Source of the DNA: Nitrospinales bacterium
Lineage (GTDB): Bacteria; Nitrospinota; Nitrospinia; Nitrospinales; VA-1
Direction: 5' to 3'
Assembly (NCBI GenBank): GCA_965223345.1
Contig: CBDCWG010000012.1
Location: 64,001 to 128,000, forward strand
DNA length: 64,000 nucleotides
A program made the translations under genes and the position numbers. The notes under the pieces are model-generated. The model made no database searches. It saw nothing but the letters and a program-made list of their open reading frames with translations, and had not been told where the DNA came from. Each line of letters opens with the position of its first letter. Positions within the stretch are counted from its first letter, which is position 1. Positions 39,152 to 48,440 of this stretch are shown piece after piece.

Positions 39152-42100
39152 ATGAAACGTCCCCCAATCATTTATTTCCTGTTTTTCCTCTCGGGAATCA
39201 CGGCGCTGGTCTACGAGATCGTCTGGACGCGCATGTTGACACTGGTTTTCGGGCACACGGTGTTCTCCGTCTCGGTGGTGCTGGCGGCGTTCATGGCCGG
39301 GCTCGGCACCGGAAGCTATCTTTTCGGCCATGCGATCGACGTGCTTTCGGCGCGCCGGCGCGCGCATCCGGACGGCGAGCCACAACCGGCGGAAAATGAA
39401 CCGGAGCCGGCGCCGGTCTCGCTGCTGGTTTATGGGTGGATCGAAATCGGTGTGTTCGTGCTCTGCGCCCTGCTTTCGCTGTTACTCGCGAATTTTTCCA
39501 CGTTTTACGCCTGGATCCATATCTGGCTTCCGGAATCGGCGGCGCTGCACAATATGGTGAAGGCGCTGCTGGCGTTCGGGTTCATTTTTGTGCCGACCAC
39601 GCTGATGGGCGCGACGCTGCCGATCATCACCAAATACTATGTGACGGACAATTCCAGGTTGGGAACGCAGGTGGGCATCCTGTACGGCATCAACACGCTG
39701 GGTGCAGCGCTGGGCTGTCTGTTGACGGGGTTCGTGCTGATCAATTTGCTGGGCGTGCTGCAGACGGTGCTGCTGACGGCCGGCGTGAATCTTTTCATCG
39801 GCATCAGCGCCATCCGCATCTACCAGGACTCGGGCGGTTCCGAATGGAAACCCGCCTTCTCCGGATGGAGCCTGCCGCGCCTCGATTTCAGCCGCGAGCA
39901 GAAAACCTGGATGGCGATCAGTTTCCTGTGCGGGTTTTCGGCGCTGGCTTACGAGGTGGTGTGGACGCGGCTGCTGGTGTTCAGCATTTCCAGCACGGTG
40001 TATTCGCTCAGCATGATGCTCGCGGTGTTTCTTCTGGGCATCGTTCTCGGCAGTGTGCTGGCGGTGTTCGTGATCCGAAAGGTGAACGATCTGCGCGCAG
40101 CCCTGATTGCGCTGCAGGCCGGGGTCGGGCTGTTCGTGATCGGCTCGCTGTTCAACATGAACGCGCTGCTGTCGCCGCCCTGGAACAGCTACCGCCTGAC
40201 GGATGCGGCCTACACGCTGCTGCAGTATTTCAAGGATTCCTCCAGCCTCATGCTGGTGCCGACCATTTTTCTGGGCATGAGTTTTCCCCATCCTCATCAA
40301 ACTGGTCTCGGGCGACCACGAGCACGTGGGACGCGGCACGGGGCAGATCTACGCGTCGAACACGCTGGGGGCGATTCTCGGGTCGCTGATGATGGGATTC
40401 TGGATCCTGCCCGGCCTCGGCAGCCAGTTCAGCCTGATGGGGATCGCCGCGCTCAACCTGCTGGTGGCGATCCTGCTGTTTGTCACCGGCCCGTACTTGA
40501 GCGCCGGCGTGCGCAAGGGCCTGGCGGCGGCGGGCCTGGCTGTGGTGCTGTTTCTTTTCATCGCCACGCCCAAGGATCTTTTGGACGCTTTTTTCATGCG
40601 CGACAGCGCCGGCAAGCGCAGCCAGAATAAACTCATGTACTTCGAGGAAGGCCTGACCGACACGGTCGCGGTGTTCAAGGACGAATACGGCCTGCTCGAC
40701 CCGGACGCCAAGCGGCTGATCACCAACGGGATCTCGATGTCGGCGTCCAACGTCATCGCCTCGCGCTACATGAAACTGTTCGCGCACGTCCCGATCCTGC
40801 TGGTGGACTCGCCGGACGACGTGCTGGTGGTGTGCTTCGGCACCGGGCAGACCACGGGGGCGGCGGGCATCCACCCGAACGTGAAATCGGTGGACAGCCT
40901 GGAGCTTTCCGCAAGCGTGATCCGCGCGGGAACCGTGTTCGCAAAAGAAAACCACGATGTGCTCAACAACCCGAAGGTGAACATCGTTCTGCAGGACGGC
41001 CGCAATCACCTGCTGACCACGAAAAAGCGCTACGACGTGATCACCTCCGAACCGCCGCCGCCGAGAACGGCGTTCACGGTCAACCTGTACACGCGCGAAT
41101 ACTACGAGCTGGCACTGAACCGCCTGAAGCCCGGCGGCATCGTGGCGCAGTGGATTCCGCTGCACAGCCAGGGCGAAAAGGAGGTGGCGATGCACTTCAA
41201 AACCTTCCTTTCGGTGTTTCCGCATGCGATGGCGTGGATGTCGGTGGCCAATGAAATCCTGATCATCGGATCGGACCGGCCGCTCAACATCGACCTGAAG
41301 CGGCTGGAGAAACGCATGCAGCATCCTGTGGTGCGCGCGGCGATGGCGGAAATCGAAATCCCCGACGCGCTCTCGCTGCTCGGCAATATCTGGCTGCTGG
41401 AGGAACAGATGCGGGCGTTGTCCGCCGGATATCCGGTCATCACCGACAACCGGCCGCACATCGAATTCTATCTCGACCTGGGCGAGGCCATCGGCATCGG
41501 CGGGCGCGAGCGCTACGTGTTCAACCGGGTGCCGTTCGAGGATCTGGCCGCACGGATCACGTCGCTGGATGCCGCCAGCCGCAAGCGGCTCAAAAAGCAG
41601 TACCGGATGATGGACCTGTATCAGCGCGGCGTCATGTACGGCAACCGCGGCCAGCTTCTCAAGGCCATGGCGCTCGCGCCGGAAAGCGGGCTGATCCGCT
41701 ACCACCTGCAGGCGGGCCGGACGCAGGTGGCGCACCTCATCGAAGAGGTGGAGGCGGACCCGGAAAACATCGACGCGCTGATGAACCTCGGCCACACCTA
41801 TTACCAGGTGGGCGACCACGCGAAAAGCCTGGAGATTTTCGACCGGGTGCTGGCGAAAAACCCCGATCACAGCTACGCCCACCTGTACAAGGCGCAGAGC
41901 CTTCTGGAGATGGGGCGCGGCGCGCAGGCCAAGGAACACTTCGAAGCGGTCGCAAAAAAGGACCCGCGCCAGATCCGGGCGGCGATGCGCGACATCGGCC
42001 TCATCGAGCTGTTGAAAAAGCTCGACGAAAATCCTGAAAACCAGGGTCTTCTGGTTTCGACGGCGCAGTATTACAACATGAAGAAAGAATACCTCAAGGC

Positions 42101-42407
42101 GCTCGACCATTCCCTCAAGGCGCTCGAGAAAGATCCTCTCAATGTGCAGACCCTGCAGAGCATCGTCTTCAGCTACCGCGGTCTCGGCGAGGCCGGCGAG
42201 GTGCTCGATTTCGCCGGCCGCTACCGCATGGTGGACAAGGAAGACATCCACCTGGAATTCATACTGGGTGAGATCCACGCCAAGACCTTGAATTGCGAAA
42301 AAGCCATCCCCTTCCTGGAAAACGTGCTGAAAAAAAACGACCGCTACCCGAACGCGCGCAAGCTGCTGCGAGGCTGCCAGCGCGAGGTTGCGACGCCCAA
42401 AGCCTGA
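39152..42407 (+). pseudogene. Fused MFS-like/spermidine-synthase/TPR protein split by a +1 frameshift at ~40289 (or a sequencing error)
   Basis: Frame 1 gives SGITALVYEIVWTR...LGMSFP. Removing one C from TTTTCCCC (40282-40289) continues with ILIKLVSGDHEHVGRGTGQIYASNTLG into the 40326..42407 frame (CFGTGQT, DGRNHL, YDVITSEPPPP, NLYTREYY, TPRs). Joined length 1084 aa. Confidence 0.85.
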
Positions 42408-42571
42408 AAGGGCGGTCCGGTTTTTGAGCCCTAAAGGGCGTTGAATGCTTTGTTTTTTTTCAGGGTTTCCAACTGAGAAATCACATCAAAATCGGAATAG
42501 GTGTCCTTACTTGAATAATTTGCGCGGCTATGGTAGTTTTCGGTATCAAATTAAAAGGAGGAGAAGGTGCT

Positions 42572-42772
42572 ATGCCCGCAGGAAAGGTGAAGTGGTTCAA
42601 TGATCAGAAAGGATATGGATTCATTGTATCCGATGAGGGCGAAGAAGTGTTCGTCCATTTTTCCGCGATTCAGGGTGAGGGTTTCAAGACGTTGAAGGAA
42701 GGGCAGGAAGTCGAATTCGAAAAAAGCCAGGGCCCCAAAGGGCCGCAGGCGGCGAACGTGATCCCGAAATAA
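42572..42772 (+). CDS. cspA: Cold-shock protein
   Basis: [33 protein letters not shown]. Confidence 0.95.
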   Translation: MPAGKVKWFNDQKGYGFIVSDEGEEVFVHFSAIQGEGFKTLKEGQEVEFEKSQGPKGPQAANVIPK

Positions 42773-42791
42773 TCCGCAACCTTTTTTCCCG

Positions 42792-42823
42792 ACCGGCAGT
42801 GCAGTTCTCTGCCGGTTTTTTTT
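42792..42823 (+). terminator. Rho-independent terminator after cspA
   Basis: ACCGGCAG-N9-CTGCCGGT stem followed by a T-run. Confidence 0.8.
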
Positions 42824-42849
42824 GTCCGATTCACGAGAGGTCTGTTGGC

Positions 42850-43347
42850 ATGGCGAAAAATTCTACGTTTGACATCGTTTCGGTCACCGACGCCGCGGAA
42901 GTGCAAAACGCGGTCAATCAGTCGATGGCGGAAATCCGGCAGCGCTACGATTTCAAGAAAAGCAAAAGCGAGATCACTTTTGATAAAAAGGACAACCAGA
43001 TCGTGCTGGTTTCGGACAACGAGGGGAAACTGAAATCGGTGGTGGACATCCTGGAAGGCAAGCTGATCCGGCGCAAGGTTTCCCTCAAGGCGCTCGATTA
43101 CGGCAAGGTCGAGCTGGCTTCGGGCGACACGGTGCGGCAGACCGTGAAACTGCAACAGGGCATCCCGCAGGAAAAAGGCAAAGAGATCGCGAAATTCATC
43201 AAGGGCATGAAGCTCAAGGTGCAAAGCCAGGTGATGGACGATCAGTTGCGGGTCACGGGCAAAAACCGCGACGACCTTCAGGAAGTGATCGCCGGGCTCA
43301 AGCAGAAGGATTTCGGCATCGACATGAGCTTCACCAACTACCGCTGA
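42850..43347 (+). CDS. yajQ: YajQ family nucleotide/c-di-GMP-binding protein
   Basis: STFDIVS, NAVNQ, RYDFK, RVTGKNRDDLQ, FTNYR. Confidence 0.95.
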   Translation: MAKNSTFDIVSVTDAAEVQNAVNQSMAEIRQRYDFKKSKSEITFDKKDNQIVLVSDNEGKLKSVVDILEGKLIRRKVSLKALDYGKVELASGDTVRQTVKLQQGIPQEKGKEIAKFIKGMKLKVQSQVMDDQLRVTGKNRDDLQEVIAGLKQKDFGIDMSFTNYR

Positions 43348-43350
43348 AAC

Positions 43351-44451
43351 TCACATGAGGGACGGGCGCACCTGCTGCAGCAGGCTGCCGTGATCGACTT
43401 CCGGGAATTCTTCGATGATCTCGATCATCTCCGGCATGATGCGCAGGAACGCCTCGACGACGGCCGGGTCGAAATCGGTGCCGCTGTTGTTTTGTAAAAT
43501 TTCCACCGCCAGTTCGTAGGGGTAGGCGTCTTTGTAGTGACGTTTGCTCACCAGCGCGTCGAACACGTCGCAGATCGCGACGATGCGCGATTCGATGGGA
43601 ATCTCCCTGCCGCTGAGCCCGTTGGGATAGCCCGACCCGTCCCACCTCTCCTGATGCGTCAGGCTGATCGACTCGGCCATCTGCAAAAACTCCGATTCGC
43701 TGCCGGACAGGATCTCGGCGCCCATGATGGGGTGCAGCCGCATGATCTCCCACTCCTCGTCGGTCAGTCTGTGCGAATTCAGCAGCACCTGATCGGGGAT
43801 GCCGATCTTGCCGATGTCGTGCAGCGGACTGGCGTGCCGGATCAGTTCGCACTGTTTGTCATCCAGCCCCAGTTCCTTCGCCAGGCGCGAGCACAGATAG
43901 CTCATGCGCAGAATATGGTTTCCCGTGTCGGACTCGCGGATCTCCACGGCCCGGGCCAGGCGCTGCACCACCTCGAAGCGGGACTCCTTGAGCTCCTGCG
44001 TGCGGGCGCGGACGGTTTCCTCCAACATGCAGTTGTCCTGACGCACCTTTTTGTGCAGCAGGCTGATCTCCAGCATGTTCCGCACCCGGACCAGCGCTTC
44101 GGTCATCTCAAACGGTTTGGTGAGAAAATCCTTGGCTCCGGATTTGAGAGCGCGGATGCGCGTGGGCACGTCGCGCTGGGCGGTGAGCACCAGGATGGGC
44201 AAAAACGTCTCCGTCTCCACCGCCTTCAGGGCTTCCATCACCGCAAAGCCGTCCATGTCCGGCATCTTGAGATCGAGCAGGATCAGGTCGGGTCGGATCG
44301 TCTGATAGGATTCCACCGCGTTGACGGATTCCTGCACGCTGTGCAGATTGGTGAACCCCGCTCCCGTCAACAGCCGCTCGAGAATGCGGATGTTTCCGGG
44401 CTCATCGTCGATGATGAGGATGGACGCATCGTTTACGGTTGGGATGGACAT
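43351..44451 (-). CDS. Response regulator with HD-GYP c-di-GMP phosphodiesterase domain (RpfG-like)
   Basis: IIDDE..LLDLKMP..KPF receiver; TGNHILR, HDIGKIG, HQERWDGSGYP, DVFDAL. Confidence 0.93.
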   Translation of the reverse strand: MSIPTVNDASILIIDDEPGNIRILERLLTGAGFTNLHSVQESVNAVESYQTIRPDLILLDLKMPDMDGFAVMEALKAVETETFLPILVLTAQRDVPTRIRALKSGAKDFLTKPFEMTEALVRVRNMLEISLLHKKVRQDNCMLEETVRARTQELKESRFEVVQRLARAVEIRESDTGNHILRMSYLCSRLAKELGLDDKQCELIRHASPLHDIGKIGIPDQVLLNSHRLTDEEWEIMRLHPIMGAEILSGSESEFLQMAESISLTHQERWDGSGYPNGLSGREIPIESRIVAICDVFDALVSKRHYKDAYPYELAVEILQNNSGTDFDPAVVEAFLRIMPEMIEIIEEFPEVDHGSLLQQVRPSLM

Positions 44452-44657
44452 GGCGCCTTTCTTGCCGGCATGCAACGGGCTCCCCTCTCCGGCAGGTGCA
44501 GTGGAACTGCGGATCAATCAATTTACATTTACCATAATATTCCACCTATAATACGGCAATCGCCCCCTGCAGTCAATGGACGTGAACGTCCCGCGATGGC
44601 GGTCTGGCGCACGCGTTCTTTCCGGTATTCAGGCGGTCACATCGAAAACCGGCAAAT

Positions 44658-45872
44658 TCAGCGGTTTCCGGTAGTGATGCGGCGGAGCCCATGCCAAGCG
44701 GACGCGATGAAAGACTGGATTTTTTTCACGATGTATTTGCGGGGATCGAACAGCCTGCGGTGGGTTTCGTGCAACAGGCGCGGGATGTCCAGCTTTTCCG
44801 GGCAGCGCGGCAGGCAGTCGCCGCACTCTGTGCAGCGGGACGCAAACGCGCCGGGGAACCAGTGGCCCTTCTCTTCCAGCATGTTGTAGCGGTAGCGCCC
44901 GAACGCCTGCATGTCGTAGCCTTCCACGAGGTTGCGGAAGCGCAGCACCTCGGGGATGTTGATGTCCTCCGGGCAGGGCAGGCACTCGTGGCACCCGGTG
45001 CAGCGCTCGCTCACGCCGGCACCGGCCGCATCCATCCTCTGCTTGATGGGAATCTCGCTGTCTGTGAAATAGGTTTCCCCGTTCAGGATCGCCAGGTTCT
45101 GCGCGAAATGCGCGGGCGCGTGCATGCCCATGCTGAGCGTGGTGATTTCCGGGTGGCTGAGGCAGAAACGGCCGTTGAACTGGATGGCGCTCAGCGGGTG
45201 GACCGATTCTTTCACCTTGCCGGACGGGTTCCAGAGCTGGCCGCCCTTGTCGTTGGGGGAGATGATGAACACGCCGATGTCCTTTTCGCCGGCCCGCTGC
45301 ACGGCGGGCAGGTTGCGCTGGAAAAAATAATAGTAGTGCAGGTTGACGAAGCTGAACCGGCCGCTGTCGAGCGCCTCGAGGATGATGTCGAGCGGGCCGT
45401 GCGTGGAAAAACCGATGTGGCGGACGATCCCCTCTTCCCGCATCCGGTGCAGCGTGTCAACAGGGCCGCCGGGTTTGAGGGCCGCGTCCAGCCGCTCGCG
45501 GTTGTTGATGCCGTGCCAGCCGTAAAAATCGATGTAGTCGAGCTTGAGCGCCTGGAGCTGTTGCTCGACCAGGCGCCGGGTTTCGTCGGCGCTCATGGGC
45601 GCGCCCTTGGTCATGATCTTGATCGTGTTGCGCGGCGGCGCCAGCTCTTTGAGAACGGCGCCGAACAGGTGCTCGCTTTTGACGTACCCGTGCGCGGTCT
45701 CGATGTGGTTGATCCCCAGATCCAGCGCCTGCCGGGTGGTTTCGAGGGCGTTCTGCACGGAGGAGGCGGGCAGGTGGTCGCGCGGCGGGGTCCAGCCGTG
45801 TTTGAACCGCATGCCGCCCAGGGTGATGACGGAGATGCGTTCGTCGGTTTGTCCGAATCTTCGGTATTCCAT
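44658..45872 (-). CDS. Aldo/keto reductase with C-terminal 4Fe-4S dicluster
   Basis: GINHIETAHGY, GFSTHG; CTGCHECLPCP and CTECGDCLPRCP. Confidence 0.92.
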   Translation of the reverse strand: MEYRRFGQTDERISVITLGGMRFKHGWTPPRDHLPASSVQNALETTRQALDLGINHIETAHGYVKSEHLFGAVLKELAPPRNTIKIMTKGAPMSADETRRLVEQQLQALKLDYIDFYGWHGINNRERLDAALKPGGPVDTLHRMREEGIVRHIGFSTHGPLDIILEALDSGRFSFVNLHYYYFFQRNLPAVQRAGEKDIGVFIISPNDKGGQLWNPSGKVKESVHPLSAIQFNGRFCLSHPEITTLSMGMHAPAHFAQNLAILNGETYFTDSEIPIKQRMDAAGAGVSERCTGCHECLPCPEDINIPEVLRFRNLVEGYDMQAFGRYRYNMLEEKGHWFPGAFASRCTECGDCLPRCPEKLDIPRLLHETHRRLFDPRKYIVKKIQSFIASAWHGLRRITTGNR

Positions 45873-46017
45873 AAGTCAAAGTATGGGTGTGCTGCACTTA
45901 GGATGACGCCGCCCCCGGTTGGATTCACGCCCGATGCCGCAAAGAGAAGGTGGCAGGACCGCCGGGGTCGGTTATAATACCGGATCGTATTCACCGACCC
46001 TTCATTCCATCCGTCAC

Positions 46018-47154
46018 ATGGTGCCTCTGCGGTCTCCCGTCCTGAAAAAAATCAAGCGGTTCTTCGGCCAGCGGGAAGTGCGGTTTCCCCTCACGCTGGT
46101 GGGAATCCTGCTGGGCATGGTGTTTTTTTTCGCCCTGGTGTTTTCGCAGTTCGAAGAAGGCGCCAGCTTCGGGGACGGACTGTGGACCGCCTACATCACG
46201 CTGACCACCATCGGTTACGGTGATTTTACCGCAAAAACGTTTCAGGGACGGCTGACCACCGTCCTCACCACCCTCATCGGGATCGGCTGCTTCGGCGTAT
46301 TCACCGGGATCATCGTCGAACGCGCCCTGCAAAGGAGATTGAAAAAAATGAAAGGGGAAAGTCATTACAGCGGACGGGACCATCTGGTGATCGTCAACGT
46401 GCCCTCCTATGAAGAGATCCGCGAACTGCTGCGCGAGCTGACCCTCAGCCCGGATTTCAAGGACATCCCGGTCGTGCTGGTGGCCGCCAGCCTGCCGAAC
46501 GACGACAAGGAAATCCCGGGATTTCTCATGGGCCACATCGACGGGTTCGTCCTGGGTCTGCCTTCGACGCTGGAAACGCTGGAACGGGCCAATCTGGGTG
46601 CAGCGCAGGCCTGTGTGTTTCTCGGATCGACCGGCGATCCCAAACTGGACGACACCAACACGCTGACCGCGGGCCTCATTGAGAAGAACTGGCCCAAAGT
46701 GGTGACCATCCTCGGCTGCACGCGCGCCGAGACTCTGAAGAACCTGGACATGTTCAACATCAACGGCGGCATCAACGCCACCGGCCTGCAGATGGGGCTG
46801 CTGGTGCAGGAGCTGGAGGACCCGGGCGTGTTCGAGGTGTACCACCAGCTTTCCTCCAACGCGGGCGGCAGCCAGATCTACATCGCGCAAACGCCGGTGG
46901 GCCGCTGGCAGGGCTACGAGCCGGACATCACGCTGGGAAAACTGAAAATGGCGATCCTGGCGCTGAACCAGCCGGCGGAGATTCTCGGCGTCAAACGCAA
47001 TCCACGCGATGAAATCTTTTTGAATCCGCAAAACGATTTTAAACTGGAACAGCAGGACCGGCTGATCTATCTTTCTAAGAGTCGCATCGATTGGCCGGGT
47101 CTGAGTGTTCAACTGGTGCAGAAGATGCGCGCTCTCGAAACCGCCTCCACGTGA
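46018..47154 (+). CDS. 2-TM potassium channel with RCK-type gating domain
   Basis: TLTTIGYGD selectivity filter between two TMs; C-terminal RCK-like region ending NP....L...D.LIY. Confidence 0.9.
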   Translation: MVPLRSPVLKKIKRFFGQREVRFPLTLVGILLGMVFFFALVFSQFEEGASFGDGLWTAYITLTTIGYGDFTAKTFQGRLTTVLTTLIGIGCFGVFTGIIVERALQRRLKKMKGESHYSGRDHLVIVNVPSYEEIRELLRELTLSPDFKDIPVVLVAASLPNDDKEIPGFLMGHIDGFVLGLPSTLETLERANLGAAQACVFLGSTGDPKLDDTNTLTAGLIEKNWPKVVTILGCTRAETLKNLDMFNINGGINATGLQMGLLVQELEDPGVFEVYHQLSSNAGGSQIYIAQTPVGRWQGYEPDITLGKLKMAILALNQPAEILGVKRNPRDEIFLNPQNDFKLEQQDRLIYLSKSRIDWPGLSVQLVQKMRALETAST

Positions 47155-47157
47155 ACC

Positions 47158-48414
47158 ATGAATGCTTTCCGCTTCATCCACTGTTCCGACCTGCACATCG
47201 ACAGCCCGTTCAAGGGGATGGGCGCACTCGATCCGGCGCTGGCGGAATCGCTGCGCGCGTCCACATTCCGCGCGTTTGACAACATCGTCCGCCTTGCGAT
47301 CCGCGAACGGGTGGACGCGGTGCTGATCGCCGGCGACGTGTTCGACAGCGCCGACAAAAACCTCAAGGCGCAATTGAAATTCCACCGCGCGCTCGGCGAG
47401 CTGTCGGCGGCGGGCATTCCCGCATTCGTCGCGCACGGCAACCACGATCCGCTCGACGGCTGGTCGGCGTCGCTGACGCCGCCGGAAGGCGTGGTGTTCT
47501 TCTCGGGCGAAGCGGTCGAACGGCACCCGGTGGTGCGCGACGGCGAAACGCGCGCCTGGATTTACGGCATCAGCTATCCCACACGGGAGGTGCGGGAAAA
47601 CCTGGCGTCCCGCTTCCGGCGCGAAAACGAGACCGGGTTCGCGGTGGGCGTGCTGCACGCCAACGTGGGGCAGGACCCGAACCACGACAACTACGCCCCC
47701 TGCTCGCTGGAAGACTGCATCGCGGCGCAGATGGACTACTGGGCGCTGGGGCACATCCACGCGCACCGGGTTCTGCGTCCGGAATTCCCCGCGGTGGTTT
47801 ACTGCGGCAACTCGCAGGCGCGGCACCTGCGCGAGACGGGGCCGAAGGGCTGTTGCCTGGTGACGCTCAACGAAAACGCCGGGCCGGCGATCCAGTTCAT
47901 CGCCACCGACGCGGTGCGATTCTGGGAAGACGCTCTGGATCTGAGCGCCGTGGAAACCATGCAGGACGCGTTGTCCGCGATTCGCACGCGCTGTGCGGAG
48001 GTCATCGAGGAAGCCGGCGAGCGGGAAACGCTCATCCGCTTGAGCCTCACCGGACGCACGCGGCTGCACGAAGAGCTCTCGCGTCCGGGCAGCCTCGCCG
48101 CGCTCACCGAAGAGGTGCAGCAGGGTTTTGCCGGCCGAAAGCACGCCGTGTGGATCGGCTGCACGCAGAACACGCAAGCGGATTTCGATCCGGAGACGCT
48201 GAAGCAGGGCAACGATTTCGTCGCCGACCTGCTTGCCACGTTTGCGTCAGCGCAAAACGGTGACAATGCAGAAGCATTGCAAGCGGCGCTCAAACCCCTT
48301 TACGAAAGCTGGCCGGGTGGACGGCACCTGGCGCCGTTGTCCGGGCAGGAATGGCAGCAGCTTTTGACACAAGCGAGAAACCTGGCGCTCGACCCCCTGA
48401 TCGAAAAGCGCTGA
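47158..48414 (+). CDS. Mre11/SbcD-like metallophosphoesterase (YhaO-like)
   Basis: SDLHIDSPF, AGDVFD, HGNHDP, LHAN, YWALGHIH. Confidence 0.92.
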   Translation: MNAFRFIHCSDLHIDSPFKGMGALDPALAESLRASTFRAFDNIVRLAIRERVDAVLIAGDVFDSADKNLKAQLKFHRALGELSAAGIPAFVAHGNHDPLDGWSASLTPPEGVVFFSGEAVERHPVVRDGETRAWIYGISYPTREVRENLASRFRRENETGFAVGVLHANVGQDPNHDNYAPCSLEDCIAAQMDYWALGHIHAHRVLRPEFPAVVYCGNSQARHLRETGPKGCCLVTLNENAGPAIQFIATDAVRFWEDALDLSAVETMQDALSAIRTRCAEVIEEAGERETLIRLSLTGRTRLHEELSRPGSLAALTEEVQQGFAGRKHAVWIGCTQNTQADFDPETLKQGNDFVADLLATFASAQNGDNAEALQAALKPLYESWPGGRHLAPLSGQEWQQLLTQARNLALDPLIEKR

Positions 48415-48440
48415 ACCGGTTTCCTTTCCAGCGGCACACC

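Noticed and set aside
40248..42278. 676-aa minus-strand ORF
   Set aside because: Antisense shadow of the spermidine-synthase/TPR half.
45991..48177. 728-aa minus-strand ORF
   Set aside because: Antisense shadow of the K+ channel and Mre11-like genes.
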